Assembly (NCBI GenBank): GCA_963834665.1
Contig: CAWICK010000002.1
Coordinates: 20,581-84,580, forward strand
Reading direction: 5' to 3'
Length of the DNA stretch: 64,000 nt
From: an uncultured Actinomycetota bacterium
GTDB taxonomy: Bacteria; Actinomycetota; Actinomycetes; Streptosporangiales; Streptosporangiaceae
Shown here: positions 28,456 to 36,851 of the stretch, piece by piece
Layout: each line of letters starts with the position of its first letter
Position numbering within the stretch: the stretch's first letter is position 1
Notes under the pieces: generated by a model
The model's input: only the letters and a program-made list of their open reading frames with translations
Database searches by the model: none
Told to the model about the DNA's origin: nothing
Position numbers and translations under genes: made by a program

Positions 28456-29007
28456 ATGACCCAGGCTTCCGACCCAGGGTTCGACCAAACCCGTGCCAAT
28501 GCGGTCACGCCGCCGACCGCCGAATTCGCTCAGGCCACTCCGCCCGCCGCCGGATATGCCTACGGGCAGCCGGGAACTGCCGTGGTGGCAGCGGGCATGT
28601 ACGTCGATCAGATGAGTGGCCTTGCCCTGCCAGATGGCGTACAGCTAGCTAGCAGCGGGCGCCGCATCGGCGCTTTCTTCCTGTCTATTCCGCTCGCCAT
28701 CGTCACTCTGGGCATCGGGTACGCGATCTGGGGTCTGATCGTGTGGGGCCGCGGTCAGACTCCGGCGCTGCAGGTACTCGGCATGCGATGCTGGAGGCCC
28801 GAGACCGGGCGCGTCGCCGGCTGGGGATGGATGTTGCTGCGCGAGACGATCGGGCGCATCGCCGAGAACATCCTGAGCATCCTCACCGCGGTCCTGTCAC
28901 TGATCCTCATGCTTAGCCGCCCAGACCGGAAGACGCTGCACGACCTGGTCGCTGGCACAGTGGTGTTGTACGACCCGCAAAAGGTTCTCCAGAACAGGTC
29001 CGCATAA
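28456..29007 (+). CDS. RDD-family membrane protein
   Basis: 183 aa. RRIGAFFLSIPLAIV...RETIGR...TLHDLVAGTVV pattern of the RDD domain. Confidence 0.8.
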   Translation: MTQASDPGFDQTRANAVTPPTAEFAQATPPAAGYAYGQPGTAVVAAGMYVDQMSGLALPDGVQLASSGRRIGAFFLSIPLAIVTLGIGYAIWGLIVWGRGQTPALQVLGMRCWRPETGRVAGWGWMLLRETIGRIAENILSILTAVLSLILMLSRPDRKTLHDLVAGTVVLYDPQKVLQNRSA

Positions 29008-29187
29008 GCGGCGACCAGTGCCACCCGTGGTTTCCGGCCACAGCCGCCGAGGGTGCTCGCGCGGCTCCTACTCGGCATCACCCAGCCTGCCTAGCGGTTG
29101 GCCAGCCCGTGGTCATCGCTGCGGTGCGCCTCCGGTCCGGTGAGGTCCAGTTGCCGGCCTCCAGCCGCGGCTGGGAGGATCGCCCGC

Positions 29188-29616
29188 ATGCCCGCTCAGC
29201 TGATCCGCGCTGGTGATCTTTATCCCGGCGCTCCGTATGCCTACGCCGCGGTGGCGCCGCCGGGCAGCCTGATCTTCACCGCCGGCGCCTGCCCTATCGA
29301 TGGAAACGGCGACGTCGTTGCCGTCGCCGACTATGCCGGGCAGGCCAGGCATGCGATGGCCAACCTGGAGACGGCGCTCGCGGCGGCCGGCGCCGCGCTG
29401 ACTGACGTGCTCAAGACCACTGTCTACGTGGCCTCCGCCGATAAGGCTGATCTCTACGCCGTGTGGCAGGTCGTGCATGAGGCATTCGGGGCGCACGACG
29501 CCCCGAGCACATTGCTGGGTGTCACCGTGCTTGGCTATTCGGGGCAGCTGATGGAGATCGAGGCAGTCGCGCTGGCTGGCCACGCGGGCGAGCCCGCTGC
29601 CCGGTCAGCTGTCTGA
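29188..29616 (+). CDS. RidA-family (YjgF/L-PSP) protein
   Basis: FTAGACPIDGNGDVV...VLKTTVYV...IEAVA. Start at the ATG at 29188; the track ORF extends to 29098. Confidence 0.8.
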   Translation: MPAQLIRAGDLYPGAPYAYAAVAPPGSLIFTAGACPIDGNGDVVAVADYAGQARHAMANLETALAAAGAALTDVLKTTVYVASADKADLYAVWQVVHEAFGAHDAPSTLLGVTVLGYSGQLMEIEAVALAGHAGEPAARSAV

Positions 29617-29811
29617 CCGGCCACCGGGCGGTCTTCCCGGCCGGCGCATCTGACTGGCATGACTGGGGAGCCGCCCGCCTTCGGCCAGGGCTCGCCGGAG
29701 CAGGAACTCGATCTGGGCGTTCGTGCTGCGCAACTCGTCCGACGCCCACCTGGCCAGCGCATCATGAACGGCCGGGTCGAGCCGCAGCAGGATGCTCTTG
29801 CGCTCGGTCAC
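29605..29811 (-). CDS. Small ribbon-helix-helix (Arc/CopG-like) protein
   Basis: VTERKSILLRLDPAVHDALARWASDELRSTNAQIEFLLRRAL. GTG at 29811, 35 nt downstream of the SPFH gene stop. Confidence 0.55.
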   Translation of the reverse strand: MTERKSILLRLDPAVHDALARWASDELRSTNAQIEFLLRRALAEGGRLPSHASQMRRPGRPPGGRSDS

Positions 29812-29845
29812 CGCGATCTCGCTCTCGGCGATACCGTGCCAGCCG

Positions 29846-30781
29846 TCACTGGTAGAGCGATCCGGTGTTGACGACCTGCTGGGTAGCCTGCTCGCTGCAG
29901 AGGACCACGAGCAGGTTGGAGACCATCGCGGCCTTCCGCTCCTCATCCAGCTCGACAACGCCCTCGTCCTGGAGCCGCTCCAGGGCCAGCTTCACCATGC
30001 CCACCGCGCCCTCGACGATGCGCTGACGTGCGCCAACTACCGCGCTTGCCTGCTGCTGGCGCAGCATCGCCTGGGCGATCTCCGGCGCGTAGGACAGCCT
30101 GGTGAGGCGCGACTCGATGACCTCCACGCCGGCGGGCCTGACCCGGTCCCTGAGCTCAGCCGACAACTGCTCGGTGATCTCGTCGGCGTTGTCGCGCAGC
30201 GACAGTGCGCCGCTGCCGCGGTTGTCGTAGGGATAGCTGGACGCAATGTGCCGGACCGCCGTCTCGGTCTGGATCGTGACGAACCCGGTGAAGTTGTCGA
30301 CGGCATAGACAGCGCACGCAGTGTCCTTAACCTGCCAGACGACGACCGCGGCGATCTCAATCGGGTTGCCGTCGGCGTCATTGACCTTCGCCTGCGCCGA
30401 TTCCTGATTGCGGATACGGGTGGAGACCGCTATCCGGCGGGTAAACGGATTGACCCACTGCAAGCCGGACTCGCGGACTGTGCCGTGGTAGCGGCCGAAT
30501 AGCTGGATGACGCGCGCCTTCCCTGGCGCAATGGGCGTCAGGCCGGCCAGTACCCCCGAAGCGGCGACAATGACGATCACTCCCACCCAGACCAGCGCCA
30601 GCTTGACACCGGGACTCTGGCTGCCGGAGCGTTGCAGGACCACGATCGCGGCTACCAGCATGATGAGTCCGAGCAGCAGCATCCTGATGCCGGGCAGATG
30701 CCAGGCCGGTCGCTCGGTCATCTGCTGGACGTCGTGCTCCGCGTGCTCAGCGATTAGAACCTGCGATGCCATCGAACCCAC
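29846..30781 (-). CDS. SPFH/band-7 domain membrane protein
   Basis: 311 aa. N-terminal TM helices followed by a stomatin/prohibitin-like domain. Confidence 0.85.
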   Translation of the reverse strand: MGSMASQVLIAEHAEHDVQQMTERPAWHLPGIRMLLLGLIMLVAAIVVLQRSGSQSPGVKLALVWVGVIVIVAASGVLAGLTPIAPGKARVIQLFGRYHGTVRESGLQWVNPFTRRIAVSTRIRNQESAQAKVNDADGNPIEIAAVVVWQVKDTACAVYAVDNFTGFVTIQTETAVRHIASSYPYDNRGSGALSLRDNADEITEQLSAELRDRVRPAGVEVIESRLTRLSYAPEIAQAMLRQQQASAVVGARQRIVEGAVGMVKLALERLQDEGVVELDEERKAAMVSNLLVVLCSEQATQQVVNTGSLYQ

Positions 30782-30969
30782 CTCCGGTTGACGCGCTTGA
30801 TAGCATCATGATATCAGTTTTTGGCGCCACCGCTACACCCGCGTGGATGCTATCGGGGCGGAGGGTATTGACGTGGGAAGCCAGGCCGGAGCAGTGGAGT
30901 TACCGGATTGCACCGCGGCAGGCGCTCAGGTCGGCTAGCTAAGCCAGGCGCTCTGGTAGACATAACGTT

Positions 30970-31764
30970 ATGGCTGGCGAACCTGAGGCTGGAAGAGCTG
31001 AGGCTGGAAGACCTGACGCTGGGAGTTCCGAACCCGGAGAGGCGGCCGCCCGGCCGAAGGCGCGCGAGCTGAATGAGCTGATCCGCTACGTTATGTGGTC
31101 GGCATTCAAGGTCAGCAGCCCGGACGCGATCGACGCGGTCGCCAGCGCCGGAGGCGCGAGCGGCAGGCCGGGCCTGGCCGCCGAGGTGACTGAACTGTGC
31201 CAGCAGGCGGCTGGCAAAGGCGTCGTTACTCGCGGTTGCTACGACATCCAGGGCATGCGGGCAGACGCCGATTACATGTTCTGGTGGGTCGCGCCGACCG
31301 CAGACGACCTGCAGGAGATGTACGCCAAGTTCCGCCGGACCGGGCTCGGCCGGGCCAGCGAGCCGGTCTGGTCGGCGATGGCGCTACACCGGCCAGCCGA
31401 GTTCAATAAGAGCCACATCCCGGCGTTCCTGGCCGGGGAAGACCCGAAGAATTACGTCAGCGTCTACCCGTTCGTCCGGTCCTACGAGTGGTACCTGCTC
31501 GAAGACGCCGAGCGCCGCGAGCTGCTGGCCGAGCATGGCCTGATGGCGCGGGAGTACCCCGACGTCAGGGCTAACACCGTGGCCTGCTTCTCGCTGAACG
31601 ACTACGAGTGGATGCTCGCCTTCGAGGCAGACGAGCTGCACCGGATCGTGGACTTGATGCGGCACCTGCGCGGGGCCAGGGCTCGACGTCACACCAGGGT
31701 GGAGATCCCGTTCTACACCGGCCGGCGTAAGCCCGTTGACGAGCTAGTCGCCGCCCTCCCGTGA
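30970..31764 (+). CDS. chdC: Coproheme decarboxylase (chlorite-dismutase-like HemQ/ChdC)
   Basis: 264 aa. ...[16 protein letters not shown]...[15 protein letters not shown]... typical of HemQ. Belongs to the hemE/hemY set. Confidence 0.85.
   Translation: MAGEPEAGRAEAGRPDAGSSEPGEAAARPKARELNELIRYVMWSAFKVSSPDAIDAVASAGGASGRPGLAAEVTELCQQAAGKGVVTRGCYDIQGMRADADYMFWWVAPTADDLQEMYAKFRRTGLGRASEPVWSAMALHRPAEFNKSHIPAFLAGEDPKNYVSVYPFVRSYEWYLLEDAERRELLAEHGLMAREYPDVRANTVACFSLNDYEWMLAFEADELHRIVDLMRHLRGARARRHTRVEIPFYTGRRKPVDELVAALP
30981..31025 (+). repeat. 15-bp in-frame tandem repeat (cctgaggctggaaga, about 3 degenerate units) in the chdC N-terminus
   Basis: Direct reading. Encodes [15 protein letters not shown]. 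Confidence 0.8.
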
Positions 31765-31959
31765 CGACGCAAACTGCCGCGAAGGCCAGCAGCCGATCCC
31801 GCGCCGCCTTGATGTGAGCCGCGTGCTCTGCCGGGCTGTATACGTCGGTCATGGCCGGAATATATAGCGACAAGGAGTTCTCTCTTCACTGCCTGTCGTC
31901 CTGCGCTAGCGTGTTGCTCACCTGCCTGGGGAATGGGCCAAAGGAGAGGCAGGACCAGA

Positions 31960-32403
31960 GTGTCCAGTTATACAAACAGCGGTTCTGATGAGGCGGCTGA
32001 CGCAGGCCGCTCTCGACGGCTCTTAGGGCCCGGCGGGCTTAACCTCCGCCGTCGCCGGCCGGATGCACCGGGCTACCCGTCGCGTCTTGGACGCGCGGCC
32101 TGCCCGGACTGTGGTACGCGCATCCGGGACCCAGTCGCAGCCCGGCTCGGGTTCTGTGACCAGTGCAAGGAGTTCACCGGGATGTGCGGCGCTGGCCGGA
32201 AGATCGTCTCTGCGGACATGATGACGTTGACCAGCTGGCACACGCCATGCACGAATCCCGGCGCGATGCCGTGGGAATTCAGCCGTGACGGTGCTGGATT
32301 CCGCGCCTTACTCTGCGCGGAGCATGACTCGCAGGTGCGAACGGGCGAGGCGCCCTGGATCGGGGATGCCGTCCCGCTAGACAACGTCGGCGGTGCTCGT
32401 TAG
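31960..32403 (+). CDS. Cys-rich hypothetical protein
   Basis: AGGAGAGG lies upstream of the GTG at 31960. CPDCG...CDQC...C motifs. No recognisable family. Confidence 0.5.
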   Translation: MSSYTNSGSDEAADAGRSRRLLGPGGLNLRRRRPDAPGYPSRLGRAACPDCGTRIRDPVAARLGFCDQCKEFTGMCGAGRKIVSADMMTLTSWHTPCTNPGAMPWEFSRDGAGFRALLCAEHDSQVRTGEAPWIGDAVPLDNVGGAR

Positions 32404-32445
32404 CTGACGTCGGCCGAACGCCGGCCGTGCCCAGGGCCTGGCCGG

Positions 32446-34182
32446 TTAGCCGCCCTTGCGCAGGAAGTCCCTGAGCTTCGGCAACGGCCAGCTAGTGATC
32501 ACGTCATCGGCGGTGAGCCAGCCACGCTGCGCTGTCGCCACGCCGTACTGGAGGTAGTCCAGGTCGCGCAGCGAGTGCGCATCGCTGTCGATGGCGAACT
32601 TTACCCCGGCATCACGCGCCGCCTTGATGTGCGCCGACGGCAGGTCCAGCCGGGCCGGATGCGAATTGACCTCGAGCGCCGTTCCGGTCCGTGCGCAGGC
32701 CCGGAACAGCTCGGGCAGATCTACCTCGACCGGCGGGCGGCGACCGATCTTGCGCGTCAGCGGATGCCCGATGACGTTGACGTACGGGTTCTCGCAGGCC
32801 GTGATGAAGCGCCTGGTCATCTCCCGCTGCGGCAAGTCGAAGTGGGAATGCACCGAGGCTACGCAGACGTCGAATCCGGCCAGGAAATCCGCGGGCCAGT
32901 CGACGCTGCCGTCGGGCGCGATGTTCAGCTCGGTGCCGTGCAACAGCACCATCGCTCCGTCGGGTCCGGTCGCGATCGTGTCGCCCAGTACCCGCACCTG
33001 GTCGCGCTGCGCCAGCATCTTCTCGTCGGTCATCCGCTGCATGACCAGGTCCGGCGCATGGTCGGTGATCGCGTAGTACTGGTAGCCGCGAGCCTGCGCC
33101 GCTGCCACCATCTCCGCCAGCGTGGCCGTGCCGTCGGTAAGGCTAGTGTGGGTGTGCAGGTCGCCGCGAACATCGGCGGCCGAGATCAGCTCCGGCAGGT
33201 CGCCCTTGCGGGCAGCCTCTACCTCGCCGTGGTCCTCCCGGAGCACCGGCGGGATCCACGCGAGCCCGAGCCGCTGATAGACCTCTTCCTCGGTGCGGGA
33301 CACGATCAGCTCGCCCGACTCGACGTCGAACAGGCCGTACTCCGACAGCTTGAGCTTCTTCCGGACGGCGATCTCGCGGATCCTGACGTTGTGCTGCTGC
33401 GAGCCGGTGAAGTACTGCAGCGCGGCACCCCAGGCGTCAAGCGGTATGACTCGCAGGTCGACCTGCAGGCCAGTCGCGGTCCTGATCGACGTCTTAGTCG
33501 GCCCGGAGGCGATGATCTCGGCAGCTTGCGGCAGAGCGGTCAGCGCAGCCATCAGCGGGGCCGAATCCACGGCAGCGGCGAGCACATCCACATCACCGAT
33601 CGACTCCACGGCCCGGCGCAGCGAGCCCGCGGGCGCGATGCGCAGGCAACCCGGCGCAGCACTAACGGCGTCGACCACCGCGGTGGCCGTCTCCGCGGCC
33701 ACGTTCAGCAATACCCTGCCGCCGGCGCTCTCCAGCAGCTCAAGCCCGCGCAGCAGCTTGTCCGCGCTCCTGGGGCCGAAACCCTTGATGTCGTTCAGCT
33801 TGCCCGCCCCGATGGCGTCCCGGAGCTGGTCCGGCGAGCTGATGCGCAGTTCCCGGTACAGCTGCAGCGCCCGCCGCGGTCCGAGCGCCGGAACCCTGGT
33901 GAGCAGCCGCACGCCGTCGGGAATGTCGGCCCGCAGCTCCTCCAGTTCGGCGAAGGTGCCGGTCGCATTGATCTCGCCGATCTTGGCCGCGATGGACTTG
34001 CCGACGCCCGGAATCCGCAGCAGCGCCGCCGTCTGCAGCTGCGAGACGTCGTGCGAGTGCCCGGCGATGGCGCGCGCCGCCTTGTTGTAGACACGGGCCC
34101 GGAACGGGTCGCCGCCCGACATGACCGTCAGGTCGGCGTACTCGTCCAGCAGGGCCGCGGCGATGTCGTTGGCCTGGGGCAT
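32446..34182 (-). CDS. polX: DNA polymerase X family protein with C-terminal PHP domain
   Basis: 578 aa. HhH IPGVGKSIAAKI. Pol-beta-like core. PHP GDLHTHTSLTDG...AITDH. Confidence 0.9.
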   Translation of the reverse strand: MPQANDIAAALLDEYADLTVMSGGDPFRARVYNKAARAIAGHSHDVSQLQTAALLRIPGVGKSIAAKIGEINATGTFAELEELRADIPDGVRLLTRVPALGPRRALQLYRELRISSPDQLRDAIGAGKLNDIKGFGPRSADKLLRGLELLESAGGRVLLNVAAETATAVVDAVSAAPGCLRIAPAGSLRRAVESIGDVDVLAAAVDSAPLMAALTALPQAAEIIASGPTKTSIRTATGLQVDLRVIPLDAWGAALQYFTGSQQHNVRIREIAVRKKLKLSEYGLFDVESGELIVSRTEEEVYQRLGLAWIPPVLREDHGEVEAARKGDLPELISAADVRGDLHTHTSLTDGTATLAEMVAAAQARGYQYYAITDHAPDLVMQRMTDEKMLAQRDQVRVLGDTIATGPDGAMVLLHGTELNIAPDGSVDWPADFLAGFDVCVASVHSHFDLPQREMTRRFITACENPYVNVIGHPLTRKIGRRPPVEVDLPELFRACARTGTALEVNSHPARLDLPSAHIKAARDAGVKFAIDSDAHSLRDLDYLQYGVATAQRGWLTADDVITSWPLPKLRDFLRKGG

Positions 34183-34368
34183 GGCAGCATTCTGCCCGCC
34201 CTGGCCTCAGCCGCGGATCGCTCTGGGCTCATTGGCCAGTAGCGGCCCTCAGCCGTGAGGCCGCCCGACATCGTGACAGAGTGTGTTGACCCGGCCGGGC
34301 GGCCGGAATCGCTGGCAGCGCGGGCCAGCCTGCCGCCCTTGCGAGAGGCAGGAAAGGGCAGGGCGCGA

Positions 34369-35535
34369 GTGAGCCAGCCGCTCGAGAGCTATCAGGACGA
34401 GATCTACCTGACCGGGCTGACGGGCGCGGTACCCGAGTTCCCGGCCGACATCGGCCGGCTGGGGGAAGCCGCGAGCGCGGTCATGACGCCGCGCGCGTAC
34501 GACTACGTGGCCGGTGCGGCCGGTTCGGGCGACACAGCCCGGGAGAACCTGGCGGCGTTCCGCCGCTGGCGGATCGTGCCGCGGATGCTGACCGACGTCA
34601 GCACCCCTGCCTTCGCTACCACGGTGCTCGGCACGGACCTGACGGTGCCGTTCCTGCTGGCGCCGATCGGCGTGCTCGCCATTGCCCATCCAGAGGGTGA
34701 GCGCGCGGTCGCCAAGGCGGCTGCCGCCGCGGGCGTGCCGATGATCCTGAGCACGGCGGCGTCCACGTCGATCGAGGACGTCGCCGCGGCGAACGGAGAT
34801 GGCCAGCGCTGGTACCAGCTGTACTGGCCCAAGGACCGGGCGGTGGGCGCGAGCTTCCTGGGCCGCGCGCAGGCGGCGGGCTACAGCGTGCTGGTAGTCA
34901 CCCTGGACACCAGGATCCTGGCCTGGCGCCCCCGCGACCTCGGCAACGGCTACCTGCCGTTCCTGCAGGGAATCGGGGTGCAGAACTTCCTGTCCGACCC
35001 GGCGTTCCAGGCCGGGCTTTCCAAGCCGGTCGACGAAGACCCGGACGCGGCCATCCTGCGCTGGACCCAGATCTTCGGCGACACCTCACTAACCTGGGAC
35101 GACCTGCCCTTCCTCCGCCAGCACTGGCATGGGCCGATCGTGCTCAAGGGCATCCTGACTGCCGCTGACGCGATCCGGGCCGCGGCCGCCGGGATCGACG
35201 GCGTCGTCGTGTCCAACCATGGCGGCCGCCAGGTGGACGGTGCCATCGGCGCGCTCGACGCGCTGCCGGCTATCGCCGACGCCGTCGGTTCGCGGCTGAC
35301 GATCCTGTTCGACAGCGGCATCCGCGGCGGCGCCGACATGGTGAAGGCGCTGGCGCTTGGCGCGCAGGCAGTGCTGCTGGGCCGGCCGTACGTCTACGGC
35401 CTGGCGCTTGGCGGCGAGGCAGGCGTCCGGCATGTACTGCGGGCGCTGCGCAACGAATTCGAGCTGACGATGCGGCTGGCCGGGCTCTCGCGCCTGAGCG
35501 AGCTCGGACCCGATTGCCTTCAGCGCCGGCCGTAG
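34369..35535 (+). CDS. FMN-dependent alpha-hydroxy-acid oxidising enzyme (lactate 2-monooxygenase-like)
   Basis: ...WYQLYWPKD..., VVVSNHGGRQVDG, DSGIRGGADMVKALALGA. GTG start at 34369. Confidence 0.85.
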   Translation: MSQPLESYQDEIYLTGLTGAVPEFPADIGRLGEAASAVMTPRAYDYVAGAAGSGDTARENLAAFRRWRIVPRMLTDVSTPAFATTVLGTDLTVPFLLAPIGVLAIAHPEGERAVAKAAAAAGVPMILSTAASTSIEDVAAANGDGQRWYQLYWPKDRAVGASFLGRAQAAGYSVLVVTLDTRILAWRPRDLGNGYLPFLQGIGVQNFLSDPAFQAGLSKPVDEDPDAAILRWTQIFGDTSLTWDDLPFLRQHWHGPIVLKGILTAADAIRAAAAGIDGVVVSNHGGRQVDGAIGALDALPAIADAVGSRLTILFDSGIRGGADMVKALALGAQAVLLGRPYVYGLALGGEAGVRHVLRALRNEFELTMRLAGLSRLSELGPDCLQRRP

Positions 35536-35573
35536 CCCCAGGGCCGCGAGCCAGCAAGCCGGGAGACGCCACG

Positions 35574-36380
35574 ATGGACCTTCAGCAGATCGGCCTCCGG
35601 CACCCAGTCGCCGACCTGGTCAGGGATATTCAGGCCAACCGGACCGGGATTCCGCGGCGGACCTTCGTCGCAGAGGGCCTGTATGAGATCAACATGGTGC
35701 TGGCCACCGGCGTAGACGTCGACGCGTTCCTGTGGTGCCCCGAGGCCGCCTACTCCGACGAGTCGGCCAAGCGCGCAGTGCAGCTCGCCGAGCGGGCCCG
35801 CCGGGCCTACCAGATCTCGGCCAAGACGCTGGAGCGGCTGGCCGAGCGGCCGAACCCGGACGGCCTGCTCTGCATCGCCCAGCTGCCGGACTGGCAGCCG
35901 GACCAGCTTGAGCTCGCGCCTGACTCGCTGATCCTGGTCGCCGACGCGATGGAGATACCGGGCAATCTCGGCACGCTGATCAGGACGCTGGACGCCTGCG
36001 CCGCCGACTGCCTGCTGCTGACAAGCAAGCGCACGAGGCTCACGCACCCGAAGGTGCTGCGCAGCAGCCAGGGCATGAGCATGAAGGTGCCTTCGGTCGA
36101 GTTCGCCGAGATCAGCGATGCGATCGGATGGTTGCGGCAGCACCGGTTCACCGTCTACCTGGCCGATACCAAGGAGAGCATCGGCTACCGGGAGGCAGAC
36201 TACGGCGGCAGGACCGCGATCGTGGTCGGCAGCGAGCGGTACGGGATATCACCGCCCTGGTATGGCGAAGGCTTCGGCCGGATCGGGATCCCGATGCTCG
36301 GTTCTGCCGACTCGCTCAACGTGTCGGTCTCCGCCTCGGTCCTGCTCTATGAGGCACGGGCCCGAAAGAACCGCTGGTGA
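35574..36380 (+). CDS. SpoU/TrmH RNA 2'-O-methyltransferase with the TsnR/Nhr (thiopeptide-resistance) architecture
   Basis: By-eye alignment with Tsr across both domains: EGLYEINMVLATGVDVDAF vs EDVEPLMHSIAAGVEFIEV; IPGNLGTLIRT vs IVGNIGAIVRT; GSERYGIS...GIPMLGSADSLNVSVSASVLLYE vs GSEKGGPS...SIPMMSQTESLNVSVSLGIALHE. Confidence 0.7.
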   Translation: MDLQQIGLRHPVADLVRDIQANRTGIPRRTFVAEGLYEINMVLATGVDVDAFLWCPEAAYSDESAKRAVQLAERARRAYQISAKTLERLAERPNPDGLLCIAQLPDWQPDQLELAPDSLILVADAMEIPGNLGTLIRTLDACAADCLLLTSKRTRLTHPKVLRSSQGMSMKVPSVEFAEISDAIGWLRQHRFTVYLADTKESIGYREADYGGRTAIVVGSERYGISPPWYGEGFGRIGIPMLGSADSLNVSVSASVLLYEARARKNRW

Positions 36381-36422
36381 CCACGGCTGCGACGCAGGCC
36401 GGCCCCGTTCCCCTCATTATCC

Positions 36423-36851
36423 TCAGCCCGGTGCTATCGGAGCCGTGTACGGGAGCTTCCAGCGCTGGTAGACAGCACCGGTACAGCGGGCGGTCGCGGC
36501 GCCGGCCTGCCGGATCCGGCCGCGCCGCGGTGCGGCCAGGCAGCGGCGGGTAGCGGCGTTCTTCAGCTCACCAGATGAGCTAGCGAGCCACCGCTGGCTG
36601 GCCGCACCATCGCAGGCTGTCAGCAGTACGCGGGCCGCCCTTCCCTTACCGCCGGGCACGCTGGTCATGCACAAGCCGCGCGCCTGGAAGGTGCGGCCTG
36701 GCTGAACGGTCCACCGCTGGCCGGCCCGGCCGTCGCAGTTGCTGATGCTGAGCTGGCTACCTGCCTTGGCCGCGGCCGGAAATGCGAGGCACAGGCCGCG
36801 GCCCGGACGAAACCACCGGTCCCACCGGAGCGGGCGGCCCTTGCGCGCCAT
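36423..36851 (-). CDS. Ricin-B lectin (CBM13-like) domain ORF; most likely the C-terminal module of the GH92 gene, separated by one frameshift near 36795-36815
   Basis: Three repeats ending QRW (GLCLAF...GQRW, GLCMTS...SQRW, RRCLAA...YQRW). The first repeat begins in the GH92 frame. The combined span 36423..39336 is not a multiple of 3. Confidence 0.65.
   Translation of the reverse strand: MARKGRPLRWDRWFRPGRGLCLAFPAAAKAGSQLSISNCDGRAGQRWTVQPGRTFQARGLCMTSVPGGKGRAARVLLTACDGAASQRWLASSSGELKNAATRRCLAAPRRGRIRQAGAATARCTGAVYQRWKLPYTAPIAPG

Noticed and set aside
31571-31873. 100-aa minus-strand ORF (MTDVYSPAEHAAHIKAARDRLLAFAA...) downstream of chdC.
   Set aside because: Only the first 27 or so residues look protein-like. 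The remainder overlaps the chdC 3' end antisense and is Arg-rich. There is no Shine-Dalgarno and no family signature.
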